DNA of 64,000 nucleotides from a virus: IMG/VR virus record IMGVR_UViG_3300020204_000007, positions 105,060 to 169,059 of that record; one strand, 5' to 3'. Shown piece by piece: positions 1 to 10,206 of this stretch (position 1 is its first letter; each line of letters starts with the position of its first letter). The notes under the pieces were generated by a model. It saw only the letters and a program-made list of their open reading frames with translations, ran no database searches and was not told where the DNA came from. The position numbers and the translations under genes were made by a program.

Positions 1-191
1 TCGATTAGCTCCAGCGTTCCATGCATGCTACCATCCTTCGGGATGTTAATTTGGACAAGCTTTTGTCCAAAATTAAATCGAACACTAACATGGTCGTCGG
101 ACTGTATGTTTTCCACATACAAACCGGATATTAAAATGTCGTTGTTTGCTGCAAGGTTTGTTAGCAGCGCGTAAAATTCGTTTCCATCCAT
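1..191 (-). CDS. hypothetical protein, runs off window start (MDGNEFYALL...)
   Basis: Open frame from ATG at 191 with GAAAGGG RBS, downstream of the 100-bp repeat. Confidence 0.6.
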   Translation of the reverse strand, partial: MDGNEFYALLTNLAANNDILISGLYVENIQSDDHVSVRFNFGQKLVQINIPKDGSMHGTLELI

Positions 192-209
192 GTTCGACCC
201 TTTCGATGT

Positions 210-309
210 TTGCAGGATAATCCCTGCAATATATTTATCGGTACCCAACAAAGGTAAACTTAAATTTTAATAACAGAGCATCTAAAGCTTCTTTACAGAG
301 TTCTGTTAC
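210..309. repeat. 100-bp direct repeat, copy 1 (upstream regulatory cassette of a minus-strand gene)
   Basis: Near-identical to 848-947 (offset 638); contains a TGCAGG..CCTGCA hairpin and TAAGTT-N15-CCGATA on the minus strand. Confidence 0.9.
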
Positions 310-434
310 TTGTAAATCTTTACAGAACTCTGTTGCATCTAGTCTTGTCTGCTCTGTTCTATTACAATCTAATTACAGAGCTCTGTTGTAGATGCCAAAA
401 AGAGAAAGGGGTGGCTAGCCCCCTGAGGGGGGTG

Positions 435-824
435 TTAGCCCTCCTCCTTCTGGGATGCAACCAAGCCAAACACGAGCTTGGGTTTCTTGGTCGGGAGCGG
501 AGTGGACAGCTTGTCAAGGCAATCCGCTTTGGCTACAGTAGTATCGGTGTTTTCTGGTACTTTCCAGTAGCGTTTCTTGCCATCCTTAATCCCTTCAAGG
601 AAAGCAATACCAACGACACCCTTTTTAGTTCTGGAGGATGCAAAGTCAACGCTTGCAAGGTGTTCGACAGCACCGTCAGCACGACCGCTTGGAAACATTT
701 CTGGCAAGGTAGCAACCAAGTAATCCTTCAGGGTTTGGTTGTGGACGATTTGTCCTGCAAACTTGTCAAGGATGGCTGCGATAACAAGGTCAAGGTGCTC
801 GGAATTCTTCTTGGAAAAGCTCAT
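435..824 (-). CDS. hypothetical protein, putative winged-helix-like family (paralogue of 16973 and 18731)
   Basis: AAGGAG RBS before ATG 824; motif VxNxxL..GRA..E..DGKxRYW. Confidence 0.65.
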   Translation of the reverse strand: MSFSKKNSEHLDLVIAAILDKFAGQIVHNQTLKDYLVATLPEMFPSGRADGAVEHLASVDFASSRTKKGVVGIAFLEGIKDGKKRYWKVPENTDTTVAKADCLDKLSTPLPTKKPKLVFGLVASQKEEG

Positions 825-847
825 AGCGATACTCCTTACAGTGTGTG

Positions 848-947
848 TTGCAGGATAATCCCTGCATTTACTGTATCGGTACCCAACAAAGGTAAACTTA
901 AATTTTAATAACAGAGCATCTAAAGCTTCTTTACAGAGTTCTGTTAC
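848..947. repeat. 100-bp direct repeat, copy 2
   Basis: Near-identical to 210-309; lies just upstream of the ATG at 824. Confidence 0.9.
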
Positions 948-1159
948 CTCTAGCACCAATACAGAGCTCTGTTATTTGTAGATTAATCTGTTAACTCTGA
1001 ATCTAGTCTACTCATGAAAACTAGTTCTACGTCTAATAACAGAGTTCTATTACTACAACCAACAAGAAATGACACCCCCCTGTCACTGGGGGATGCCAAA
1101 CACATCAGGGGGGTACCAAGAGTTTATTTCCATACCCCCAACTCTAAGGGGTTGACTAC

Positions 1160-1597
1160 CTATTCGGCAGTCTCCAAGTCTCGTAGTTCGCCAAAACACA
1201 GATGAGGCTGGCTATTGGCGATTCTTTTGGTTTCTTCCTTGCCATATTGCTCTACCATTTCTGCCTTTAGTTGTTTAAGATTAACCAACGCCTTTTCTCG
1301 GGCGCGTTCTTCTTTCCAATACGCATTACCTTCTGCGGCATTATGATAACTAACTTGGTTGATTGCTGCTAGAAATTGATCAATAAGTTGTTGGCTCATA
1401 ATATTCTCCTATGGTTATTCATCAAAGTTAATATCGTCGGCATCAATATAGCCACTACTGATCACGCTGTCAATAGCTTCTTCAATATCCTGCTCTTCCA
1501 CATCAACCAACTCGACAATATAGTCTATTTGTTTGTCGGTCAATTTAACTGTGTATCTTCTTTTAAGGGTGCTAATAACTTCTTGCTTGGTGTTCAT
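1160..1597 (-). other. two small hypothetical early genes (1415-1597, 1160-1399)
   Basis: AGGAG RBS, downstream of the 1620-1645 promoter. Confidence 0.75.
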
Positions 1598-1619
1598 ATG
1601 CTGTTCCTCCTACATAACA

Positions 1620-1645
1620 TATCGGAACAACCAAATCTAACTTTA
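1620..1645 (-). promoter_or_regulatory. sigma-28-type promoter
   Basis: TAAAGTTAGATTTGGTTGTTCCGATA on the minus strand. Confidence 0.8.
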
Positions 1646-2108
1646 GGGGTTTTTTATTTGTCGAATATCATTTTTTATATGGCAAATTAGTCTATTAAGA
1701 TGCTATAATAGAAGTAACATCTACTCATTTCGCCCTCATAAATTGGGGGTTTTTCTGTTTACGGCATAAAAAAAAGAAGACTTTTAAGATGTAGCGTCTT
1801 GGGAGTAGTCAAGATGCACCTAGGTTGAAGTCACTTCCAGACGTTATTCCTAAGACGTTACGCCCAGAATAATAACGCTTCAAAGCGCTTAAATGAATCG
1901 ATTAGATTGTTTGCCTCGATGTTAGGTGCATTACCACCTAATGGAATCTGCTGTTGGGTTAGAACTCCTAAAAGAATAAAGGCCGTTCCGCTATGACCCA
2001 ATGTGTACACTAATAATGTGTTGCAGTATTCTCGAACATATCCCTTAGCCCCTCTGTATTTATATTACTAGACGCCATAATTATGATTCGCAATTTATTA
2101 TTTTCCAC

Positions 2109-2134
2109 TAAAGTTTGATTTGGTTGTTCCGATA
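2109..2134 (+). promoter_or_regulatory. sigma-28-type promoter
   Basis: TAAAGTTTGATTTGGTTGTTCCGATA. Confidence 0.8.
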
Positions 2135-2188
2135 TGGAAATGTAGGGCAGCAATGGTAACGAGTCCTATAAATGAGGGGGGAAATATT

Positions 2189-4562
2189 ATGATGCACAGA
2201 GGGATTACAATTCTTAGTTTGACCAACGGTAATAAGCTCTTGTTGGTTGGTCGTCCAGATATTTGTTGGCTAGTTCTTGATAAGAACGGTGACCTGCTTG
2301 GAGATTTTGATCCCAAGGTTCACGGCAGTGCTACGCAGTATCTTGGACATACTTCACTAGCTAAATTGAGCAGTGAGGGGGTGGCGGTATCAGGGTCATT
2401 GGGAATGGCTGTGATGGAGAAAATGGCTTTAGCTGATGTGACCCCGTATTTGGAGAGCAGGGCAGGTAAGAAGGTTCCTTGACTATTTTAAGAGGAGATG
2501 TGTTATGACAACAACAGCTAAGAAATTTTTTGAACGTTCGGCTGATCAACAACGGTAGTCAATTAAACCTGATTGAGACTTATGAAGAACTAAGAGGGAG
2601 TTTGTAATGAATAATGTTGAATTGACCGAAGAAGAAAAAGCTGCCGCAGAGTTAGCTAAAAAAGAACGATTGGCGCGTGAGCGTCGTGCCAGAGAATTGC
2701 GGAATATCAAGGAGGCCGAGGAGACGGAGCGGGCTATTGAAGAGTGGCGATTTAGTAAATATGAGGACTATTGAAATGAATAATATAACGCACGAACAAA
2801 TCATTGCCTTTATAAAAGAAATATCTCAGTATGAATGAATTTACTCGTGGTGATTACCACTTTAATCGGTGGACACAGATTGTCGATGGATTTTTCGGTG
2901 ATACCATAAATATGTTTTGTGTTCAAGCACCAACAGCAGGTGCATTTCTTCGAGGACATGAATATTTAGATCCGGAGACTCGGAAACCACTTTCTGGGTC
3001 GTTCAAAACTATCTTGAGTTTTAAGTTTTCGAGTACGGCAGAACTTAATTTGTTTTGGAATCAATTTAATGATGCGGTGCATCAATGTGACCAAGTTACT
3101 GATCGTATGAATATGCGTGACATTTACGATTGCATCTTAAAAGCTTCTATCGGAATAAGCCAAAAATCCCGTGAACAAATCATTGACAAGCTAGAATACT
3201 TGGTGTAAAGATGATTATGTTTTGAATCCACGCTTTTAATTTTCCACTAAAGTTAGATTTGGTTGTTCCGATATGTTATGTAGGAGGAACAGTATATGAA
3301 AACTCGTAACCATTCTGATACTGGTAGCCACGCAGAATATTTCTTGACCCTTGTCGAACAAGTTTATGAACATGAACTCGGCACTTCTTTGCTGTATCTT
3401 GCCGAAGAAGCTGAAAAGTACACGGTTGACAAATCCGGTGACGGTGTTCATATCACTGCATTATTTCCTGATGCCAGCTTTATCAGCGTTGTATTGGATG
3501 ACGCTGGTTATGTAGAAAAAGTCGTGAGCCACTAAAAGGAGAATAGTATGCAAAAGATTTATGTTTGTTTTGTAAATACTAAAAGAGTTGACGCGCCCCA
3601 TGAATTTGGTATTTCTGATATTGGCCATGTATATGACAATAAAGAAAACGCAGTCAAACAAATCCTTGAATATGGCTATAAGGCTATAGAGGGGGAGGCT
3701 GAAATTTTTGAAAAAATTTCTAAAGACGGTACATATCGTCACACATACAAAATTGTTGAAAAGTATGTGTGGGATAGATCATGATTATAAATAGAGAGTA
3801 AGACAATGGGTGCTGATGGCCATATTGTATTGATGGATGCAGAAAAATTTATTCAAGATAAAGGTCTTTCGGAAGGCCGTTTTGAATCTTTCTTTCAATT
3901 GATTCATTGCGACACAGTTTATCTGCAAAAATTTAAGGGACAAAGAGTTATTACTGATTATATTGGCGATAACCTCTATTCCGCGTCTGCATTAAGAGAA
4001 TTAACTTGGCATGGATTTGATAAAGAAGAATGGGATTCATCCACATATGAAATTTTGATTGAGAATATGGCTAAATATGAATTTACCTCAGACGAATTTG
4101 TAGACTTAAGTCTGTATTTATGGGAAAACTGTAGAATTGATGCTTGGGAGGTCTGGGCTTGAATCTATTTTTATCAATCTGGTATTATTCAGTAATGACA
4201 GTTATGGGTTTGATTATTGCATTTATGTCTTTTATATTGATGAAAAACAATTTATGATCTGGTGGGTGTATGGGGGGCTCTATTTTTAATTTATTTTTTG
4301 AGTGGAGTTATATTCTTCTCATATAAATCAAATTTAATTCCAAAATGATAACAGAAAATATAGTTTTAGTTAGAGACTATAAATGAAAATATAATAACTT
4401 CTTACTAAAAGGAGGCACCAGATGAACGCTTGGCTAGTTGTGCTGAACAAAAGAGTCATCAACACTGTCTATTATGATAAAGACTGCTCTGCTCAGTATG
4501 CCAAAGATTCTTTGTTCAACCACGATGGGTTTTCAACAAACATTAAAGTTTTTAAGAAATGA
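2189..4562 (+). other. run of small hypothetical early genes (2189-2482, 2607-2774, 2831-3208, 3296-3535, 3548-3784, 3806-4162, 4422-4562)
   Basis: Co-oriented ORFs, most with GGAG-type RBS; no recognisable domains. Confidence 0.7.
3248..3273 (+). promoter_or_regulatory. sigma-28-type promoter
   Basis: TAAAGTTAGATTTGGTTGTTCCGATA; about 50 bp through the ATG nearly identical to the inverted copy at 1595-1645. Confidence 0.8.
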
Positions 4563-5152
4563 TTAAACAAATTTTTCCAGATTTTTATTTTTTGAAAAAA
4601 ATAAATAATCATGATTTATTAAAAAATCAATTTATGCAAATTGCAAAAAACGAATGTTTATACGAGCCTGATTGGAGGGGCAAGGTTTTAACGACCAAAA
4701 CACAAAATCATCAAATAAATTATGAACCATTTTTTATTGAATTAAATTGCATAATAAAATCTATGTGTGAAGAATTCAAACTAATAAAAAATGTTCACTA
4801 CAAAATTGAATCAATATGGATGAATCTTTATAATCAAGGATGCTGGCAAGAAATTCATCATCATAGCAATCCGGTTGTTAATTTTTCTTTTGTGTATTTT
4901 TTACAATTTGATGATAAAAAAGACGCAAAGTTTTATTTTTTTAATGAAAAAAGTAAAAATTATTCATCCAGCGGATTAAACAGAATATTTGAGCTTTATC
5001 AAAAAAATCACTGGCCAGATATTTTTATTCCAAAAATACAAGAGGGAGATGTTTTGTTATTTCCCGCTCATTTAACACACGGCGTTGAAATACAAAATTA
5101 CGAAACAGATAGATGTACAATTTCTGGAAACATTTATATTCATCCAGTTTGA
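4559..5152 (+). CDS. phage 2OG-Fe(II) oxygenase (TIGR02466-like)
   Basis: WMN..HHH..FSFVYF..EGDVLLFPAHLTHGV..RCTISGN. Confidence 0.8.
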   Translation: MIKQIFPDFYFLKKINNHDLLKNQFMQIAKNECLYEPDWRGKVLTTKTQNHQINYEPFFIELNCIIKSMCEEFKLIKNVHYKIESIWMNLYNQGCWQEIHHHSNPVVNFSFVYFLQFDDKKDAKFYFFNEKSKNYSSSGLNRIFELYQKNHWPDIFIPKIQEGDVLLFPAHLTHGVEIQNYETDRCTISGNIYIHPV

Positions 5153-5172
5153 AATTATTTACAAAAATAAAT

Positions 5173-5198
5173 TAAAGTTAGATTACAAAACTCCGATA
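5173..5198 (+). promoter_or_regulatory. sigma-28-type promoter
   Basis: TAAAGTTAGATTACAAAACTCCGATA. Confidence 0.8.
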
Positions 5199-5218
5199 AA
5201 TAAACATAGGAGTGGTTT

Positions 5219-5530
5219 ATGAAAGTTAAAGAATTTGAAAAAAGTCAACATTCCCTACGTTCTAGGCGAAAAAAGTCAATCTTATATCTAGTTGTTTCAG
5301 GCGGGGTTTCTAACAAAAGAGTATTTAGTGAAGCCAGAAAAAATGTTATTCCAGCGCTCATAGCACAATACGATTTACCCAAAGACACTAAATTCAGATG
5401 GGAAAGCAGGGCTGGATGTTTCTGTGGATGTTCTCCCGGATACGTCTTCGATAGTAAATCAAGACCATATGAATATTGGTGTCAATTAGAGTTAGATGAA
5501 ACTGATCCAGAATACGTGGAGAAATTATGA
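5219..5530 (+). CDS. hypothetical protein with GCxCGCSPG motif
   Basis: AGGAG RBS; Cys cluster. Confidence 0.7.
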   Translation: MKVKEFEKSQHSLRSRRKKSILYLVVSGGVSNKRVFSEARKNVIPALIAQYDLPKDTKFRWESRAGCFCGCSPGYVFDSKSRPYEYWCQLELDETDPEYVEKL

Positions 5531-5790
5531 AGTTAAATAAAAAACAACAAGAAGCGTTATGCAAAATAGTCCAAGACACATTGTGGATGGCGCGAAGATA
5601 TGCAGATGGACGCTCAACTTATGCACCAGATATGTTTAATAAATGCGTGCATCTATTAGAAGAAGTTGGACTTGGTGAATTATACGTTGCCGATAAAGAT
5701 AAGTGGGCAAATGATGGAATGTTTGGCAAGTATGATCCAGAAATTAGACGTTTTGTGAATGAAAAGGAGGAAGAAAATGGAACTCTCTAA
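5527..5790 (+). CDS. hypothetical protein, paralogue of 58618-58902
   Basis: Shared QDTxWMAxRYxDGRSTYAPxMFN..DGMxG. Confidence 0.75.
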   Translation: MKLNKKQQEALCKIVQDTLWMARRYADGRSTYAPDMFNKCVHLLEEVGLGELYVADKDKWANDGMFGKYDPEIRRFVNEKEEENGTL

Positions 5791-6013
5791 CGAAACATTG
5801 AATTTCCAGCAGGATATTATTGCAACCCAATTACATGAAACAGCAGAGCTTTTAATGCAATTATTTGATAACGACACAGAAAGTGCTAATTTGTGGCTTT
5901 TGTCGCCCAATCATTTGTTTTTTGATAAAACTCCAGTAGAAGTAATTTTTGAAGGAAACGGCAATACTGTCATTGATGTATTAAAAGAATGGTCGGAAAC
6001 AAAAAACGCATAA
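5777..6013 (+). CDS. Xre/MbcA/ParS antitoxin C-terminal (DUF2384-like) domain protein
   Basis: LFxxDxxxAxxWLxxPNxxFxxxTPxExI..G..VIDVL pattern. Confidence 0.7.
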   Translation: MELSNETLNFQQDIIATQLHETAELLMQLFDNDTESANLWLLSPNHLFFDKTPVEVIFEGNGNTVIDVLKEWSETKNA

Positions 6014-6036
6014 AGTTAGATTCCAAAGTTCCGATA
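6011..6036 (+). promoter_or_regulatory. sigma-28-type promoter overlapping upstream TAA stop
   Basis: TAAAGTTAGATTCCAAAGTTCCGATA. Confidence 0.8.
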
Positions 6037-6083
6037 TGTAAATGTAGGTAATACAGCCTACAAGAAATTAAGGGGAATACATC

Positions 6084-8061
6084 ATGGATAACGTAATTGA
6101 TTTGGCTGAGCGCAGACTGGCAAAACAAGCAAAGACACAACTAGAAGAGTTAAGCTTCAATAACCAACAACCATCATCTGACAGCAATGTTCAAAAAACC
6201 AAAGAACAAATTGAACAAGAACGACGCGAGCATAATGAACGCGTTCTCAAAAACTACAGAATTAAATGAGGTACAACCATGAAACTCCATTGTGTATTTG
6301 AATTAAATGACGAAACAAACAAATGGAAATTTGTGAAAGCGTTCAGTAAACGAGAAATGGTTGAACAATTTCTTGACGACAACATAGAATTTGGTATTTT
6401 TACAGTTGTTGAAACTTCAGTAAAACGCCCACCCCCACCAGAGGTGGATGAATTTGAGCAGGAGGAACTATATGCTGATCTATCAAACAACTGATCAAGC
6501 TGTTCTTCTTCAAGAACATCGTTGGGCATATATCAAAAAAGGCGACAAAAAAATCAAATGGCATAATAGATTTAAAGAAATGTCAAATGCTCTTGGCAAA
6601 TTAAATTATTATTTGATAGATAGTGTCGGCAATTTAATTACTGATTCAAAAGGTTTGAATGTTCCTAATAGAGAATGGACTGGCGAAATACACGAAGATG
6701 TCGAAAAATTAGTTTCTGAATTAAACATTGGAGACTATTATGTCGAATAACTTAAAAGATGTTTTGATTGATGATGAAGATTTAATTATTTTAGAAACTG
6801 CAATCAATTTTTTCAAAACATGTTTAGATGATTACGAATCGTATCAATTTTCAAAAAGAGATTTGATAGAAATTATGCAAGATGCCGAATGTCATTTATA
6901 TGACAACGGTATTCGTTTGACGGCAAAAAAAGTTGAAACTATTTGCAAAAAAATAAATCATGATACAACTTGGGTTGAAACTCTATGAATATTGTTAAAG
7001 ATGTTCGTAAATATACTGAATATTTGACCCCTCAAGATATAGAACTTATTTATCTTGCAGTCATTTATCTTATTGATAATGTTGACGACGCAGAAAACCA
7101 ATTAAATGTAGAAATTAACAAAAATCAAGTTGATGTTTTGCTGGCAAAATTAGAACTTGATCATAATTATTTGGCCGATAAAATTTAATTAAAGTTAGAT
7201 CCCAAAACTCCGATATGTAAATGTAGGCAATGTAGCCTACAAGAAATTAAGGGGAGTGGAAATATGACAGCAAACATCTTTGCCAAGTCTACAAATATAC
7301 CAAAAACGATAGCAATGATCGAAGAGGATTTGTGGCAAATGAGCTATATTTTGTTCTCAGATACGCAAGAACATTACAATGAAATAATTCGTATGATGCC
7401 GTATTACGGTTTCAAATACGAAAATCGTATTGGCATCATGAAAGAATTTGAACAGCATCTTTTGGATATCAAACACAAACTTAAAACTGAGCTAGAAGCT
7501 CGACAAATTTAAGGGGGGTGTCATGGGGCTAGATATGTATTTATACGGCAAAGAAGGCAGGGATGAAATTGAACTTGGGTACTGGAGAAAACACCCTAAT
7601 CTGCACGGTTTCATTATTGAAACATTTGCAGAAGGTCTTGACAATTGCCAAAGAATTGATTTATCTGAAGAAGACCTACATATTATTTATGACGCAGTAA
7701 ACGTAGAAGCATTGCCGCAAACAGACGGATTTTTCTTTGGCGAAAGTTACCCCGAAGACCGTGCGCCTTCTTTACAAGTTTTTGAAAAGGCAATACAATG
7801 GTTGAAACAAAACAAAAAAAGAACGGTGTTCTATCGAGCGAGTTGGTAATGCGATTAAACGATTATAGGTTGACTTGTATAGCGATTTCTATTAAACAAG
7901 TATTATTCCATATGAAAACTTATGAGAGTAAAAACAAAAATTATTATGAATCAATAAATAATTATTTCTTAACAAATGCTAAAAATAACGAAGAGGCAGA
8001 AGAAATTCTCAGGCGAAAGTTACAAGAGCATCAACAAAATATCCAAGCTCTAAAAATTTAG
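6084..8061 (+). other. run of small hypothetical genes (6084-6269, 6279-6494, 6472-6750, 6740-6988, 6985-7188, 7264-7512, 7523-7849, 7849-8061)
   Basis: Tightly coupled ORFs; 7523-7849 (MGLDMY..YWRK..GFFFG..FYRASW) resembles a widespread conserved phage protein. Confidence 0.7.
7190..7215 (+). promoter_or_regulatory. sigma-28-type promoter
   Basis: TAAAGTTAGATCCCAAAACTCCGATA. Confidence 0.8.
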
Positions 8062-8121
8062 GTAAAACATTCTTGTTTTAATTCTCCTATTTTGTTACGA
8101 TTTAATAGAATAGGAGAATCT

Positions 8122-8841
8122 ATGAAATTTTTTAATAAAGTTTTGGCTATATCATTATTATCAATTTCCTCATTTGCATCTGCCGAACAAAAAGAACCAG
8201 AAAAAGAAGTAGTGATTTTATCACCTAATTCTTTTATCAAGTTTACAGATGAAGTTAATGAATTAACTGCATCTCGATTTATCAAAGACTTTTTATCTCA
8301 AACAAGTGACAAAGTTACTGTTTTTATAGATTCGCCTGGGGGTGACGTACTGGATGGCCTTCGGATGATTGAAGCGGTTCGCTCTGCAAAGGTGGCAAGA
8401 CCAAATTTGAAAGTAAAATGTGTAGTAAACTCTGCAGCATCTATGGCGTTTTATTTTTTGCAAACAGCCTGTGATGAACGGCTTATTACAGAAACTGCAG
8501 TTTTGATGCAGCATCAAGCGCAAATTGGTATGCAAGCTCCAGTGCGACGTTTAGAAAGCCGTTTTTCGTTAATCAACGCCATTATAGATTGGCTTGATAA
8601 CGAAAGTGCTAAACGATTAAGCACTACTGTTAAAGAACTGCGAGAAAGGGTCTCAAACGATTGGTGGGTTGTTGGCAAGGACGCAGTTAAACAAAAAGCC
8701 GCTGATAAAGTTGTAGGCGTTACCTGTTCATTAGAATTGATGAACGCTCCGCCAACCGAAGATAAAAAAGCGGCTTGTCCTCTTGTTTACGGTTCTTCTA
8801 ATGGTGGTGGTCAAGGAAAACTTTTTCCTAAAAACCCCTAA
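8122..8841 (+). CDS. ClpP-like (S14) serine protease with N-terminal signal peptide
   Basis: IDSPGG, AASMA (catalytic Ser), MQHQ (His); N-terminus MKFFNKVLAISLLSISSFASA. Confidence 0.8.
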   Translation: MKFFNKVLAISLLSISSFASAEQKEPEKEVVILSPNSFIKFTDEVNELTASRFIKDFLSQTSDKVTVFIDSPGGDVLDGLRMIEAVRSAKVARPNLKVKCVVNSAASMAFYFLQTACDERLITETAVLMQHQAQIGMQAPVRRLESRFSLINAIIDWLDNESAKRLSTTVKELRERVSNDWWVVGKDAVKQKAADKVVGVTCSLELMNAPPTEDKKAACPLVYGSSNGGGQGKLFPKNP

Positions 8842-8864
8842 AGTTAGATTCCAAAGCTCCGATA
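8839..8864 (+). promoter_or_regulatory. sigma-28-type promoter overlapping upstream TAA stop
   Basis: TAAAGTTAGATTCCAAAGCTCCGATA. Confidence 0.8.
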
Positions 8865-8891
8865 TGTAAATGTAAGTAATCGGAGGTTAGT

Positions 8892-9350
8892 ATGAAAATT
8901 ATCAAAGTTGGCGATACGGTTTCTTGGCGCGGCTCTTGGGGATCACATCCTCCTAGAGCCGCTAAAGTTATTCATATTGAAAAAACTGAACAACCGCGTC
9001 AAAAATATGGCGAGTCAGTGGATTCAATCAAGGTTACTGAAAAATCCTATGCAGTTTTCATATTAGACAATGGCCATTGGGCTTACGGTGATCAAATTCG
9101 ACGCATTGAAGATGAACCAGAGGCACTTTAAGGAGGATATATGTTTCTTAAAAACATGGTTGATTTTAGTAAAGTTAAACTTATTGATACTAAACTTCAA
9201 GGCTATCGTTTTGTAGAAGATACTTACGAAGTTGAATTATTGACTGGCTTGTTTGAACGGGAAATTGAAGATGATCTATATCGTTATGATCGTAATGCAG
9301 AAATCGTACAAATTCTACCAGATAAATTGATCTTTAAAATTAAGCGTTGA
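8892..9350 (+). other. two small hypothetical genes (8892-9131, 9141-9350)
   Basis: GGAGG RBS for both. Confidence 0.7.
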
Positions 9351-9358
9351 GGTGAATA

Positions 9359-9823
9359 ATGCCAAACTGGTGTTCAAATCATGCAACATTCAGGCATTCA
9401 GATCCTGAAATAATTAAAATAATCAAACTGGGAATTGAAAATAAAAATTTATTTGAGGTTTTTATTCCAATTGAAGAAGGCAAAGACGCGTCTTCTTTAT
9501 GGGGAACGAAATGGGACATTGATGAACCACATATGGTTGATTATGGTGATGATTATGTTCAAGTTGTTTTTCAAACCGCATGGTCTCCGCCACTTGAATT
9601 TTATGAAACAATTGAACGCGAGCATGAAATAGAGGTAGAAGCCCTCTTTTATGAACCGGGTATGGCATTCATGGGTGGATATTGCGATAATGAAACATGG
9701 GATCATCCGTGGCCAGAAACACCAGAAGATTATAACAATATACCAGAAGCATTAGAAATTGCATTCAACATAAGAGAATATTGGTATGAGGAAGGAATCG
9801 AAGAATATGCCGAGGGTTTGTGA
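9359..9823 (+). CDS. DUF1281/YubB ferredoxin-like domain protein
   Basis: MPNWCxN, WGTKWD, FxTAWSPP, YEPG motifs. Confidence 0.75.
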   Translation: MPNWCSNHATFRHSDPEIIKIIKLGIENKNLFEVFIPIEEGKDASSLWGTKWDIDEPHMVDYGDDYVQVVFQTAWSPPLEFYETIEREHEIEVEALFYEPGMAFMGGYCDNETWDHPWPETPEDYNNIPEALEIAFNIREYWYEEGIEEYAEGL

Positions 9824-9825
9824 CG

Positions 9826-10206
9826 ATGAAAGTTATGCCATCCCAAAGAGGATTTTACGATATTTGGGTCACTAGATTTTGGATAAATGATAAATGGCAA
9901 CTTGCGGTTGGATTCACCGAAACTTATTGGAATACTGTTGATGGTTGTTGGCAATATCATCAAAAAATTTCAATTCCAGTAAAAACAAACGCAATCGGTT
10001 TTGAGTTTTCTAATAAATTATCTAGCTTACTTGGACAAAAAAACGTGCGTGGATACAATAAGTATGATGATGAGTATGAATTTAGTCCACATTCAGTAGA
10101 AAAATTGATTGATATTTTTACATTGGTGTTTGATTCTTTTCCACAAAAAACTTTTTCTAAAAAAGTAAAAGCACACACGTTTGCGCTCATAGCGGAAACT
10201 GTATGA
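9826..10206 (+). CDS. hypothetical protein (family A)
   Basis: C-terminal PxKTFS motif shared with 13127 and 14059. Confidence 0.65.
   Translation: MKVMPSQRGFYDIWVTRFWINDKWQLAVGFTETYWNTVDGCWQYHQKISIPVKTNAIGFEFSNKLSSLLGQKNVRGYNKYDDEYEFSPHSVEKLIDIFTLVFDSFPQKTFSKKVKAHTFALIAETV

Larger units (their letters stand above)
295..1050. repeat. clustered 12-bp palindromic boxes ACAGARYTCTGT
   Basis: Copies at 295-306, 322-333, 375-386, 933-944, 961-972 and a degenerate one at 1039-1050. Confidence 0.8.

Noticed and set aside
333-908. 191-aa plus-strand ORF and other antisense ORFs (e.g. 30339-31025, 15695-16210, 63311-63796)
   Set aside because: Shadows of better-supported opposite-strand genes; no RBS or motifs
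2505-2607. Possible programmed frameshift or TAG read-through in a short RBS-led ORF
   Set aside because: No in-frame slippery heptamer; TAG acts as a normal stop elsewhere (18671, 48728); more likely a remnant or micro-ORF
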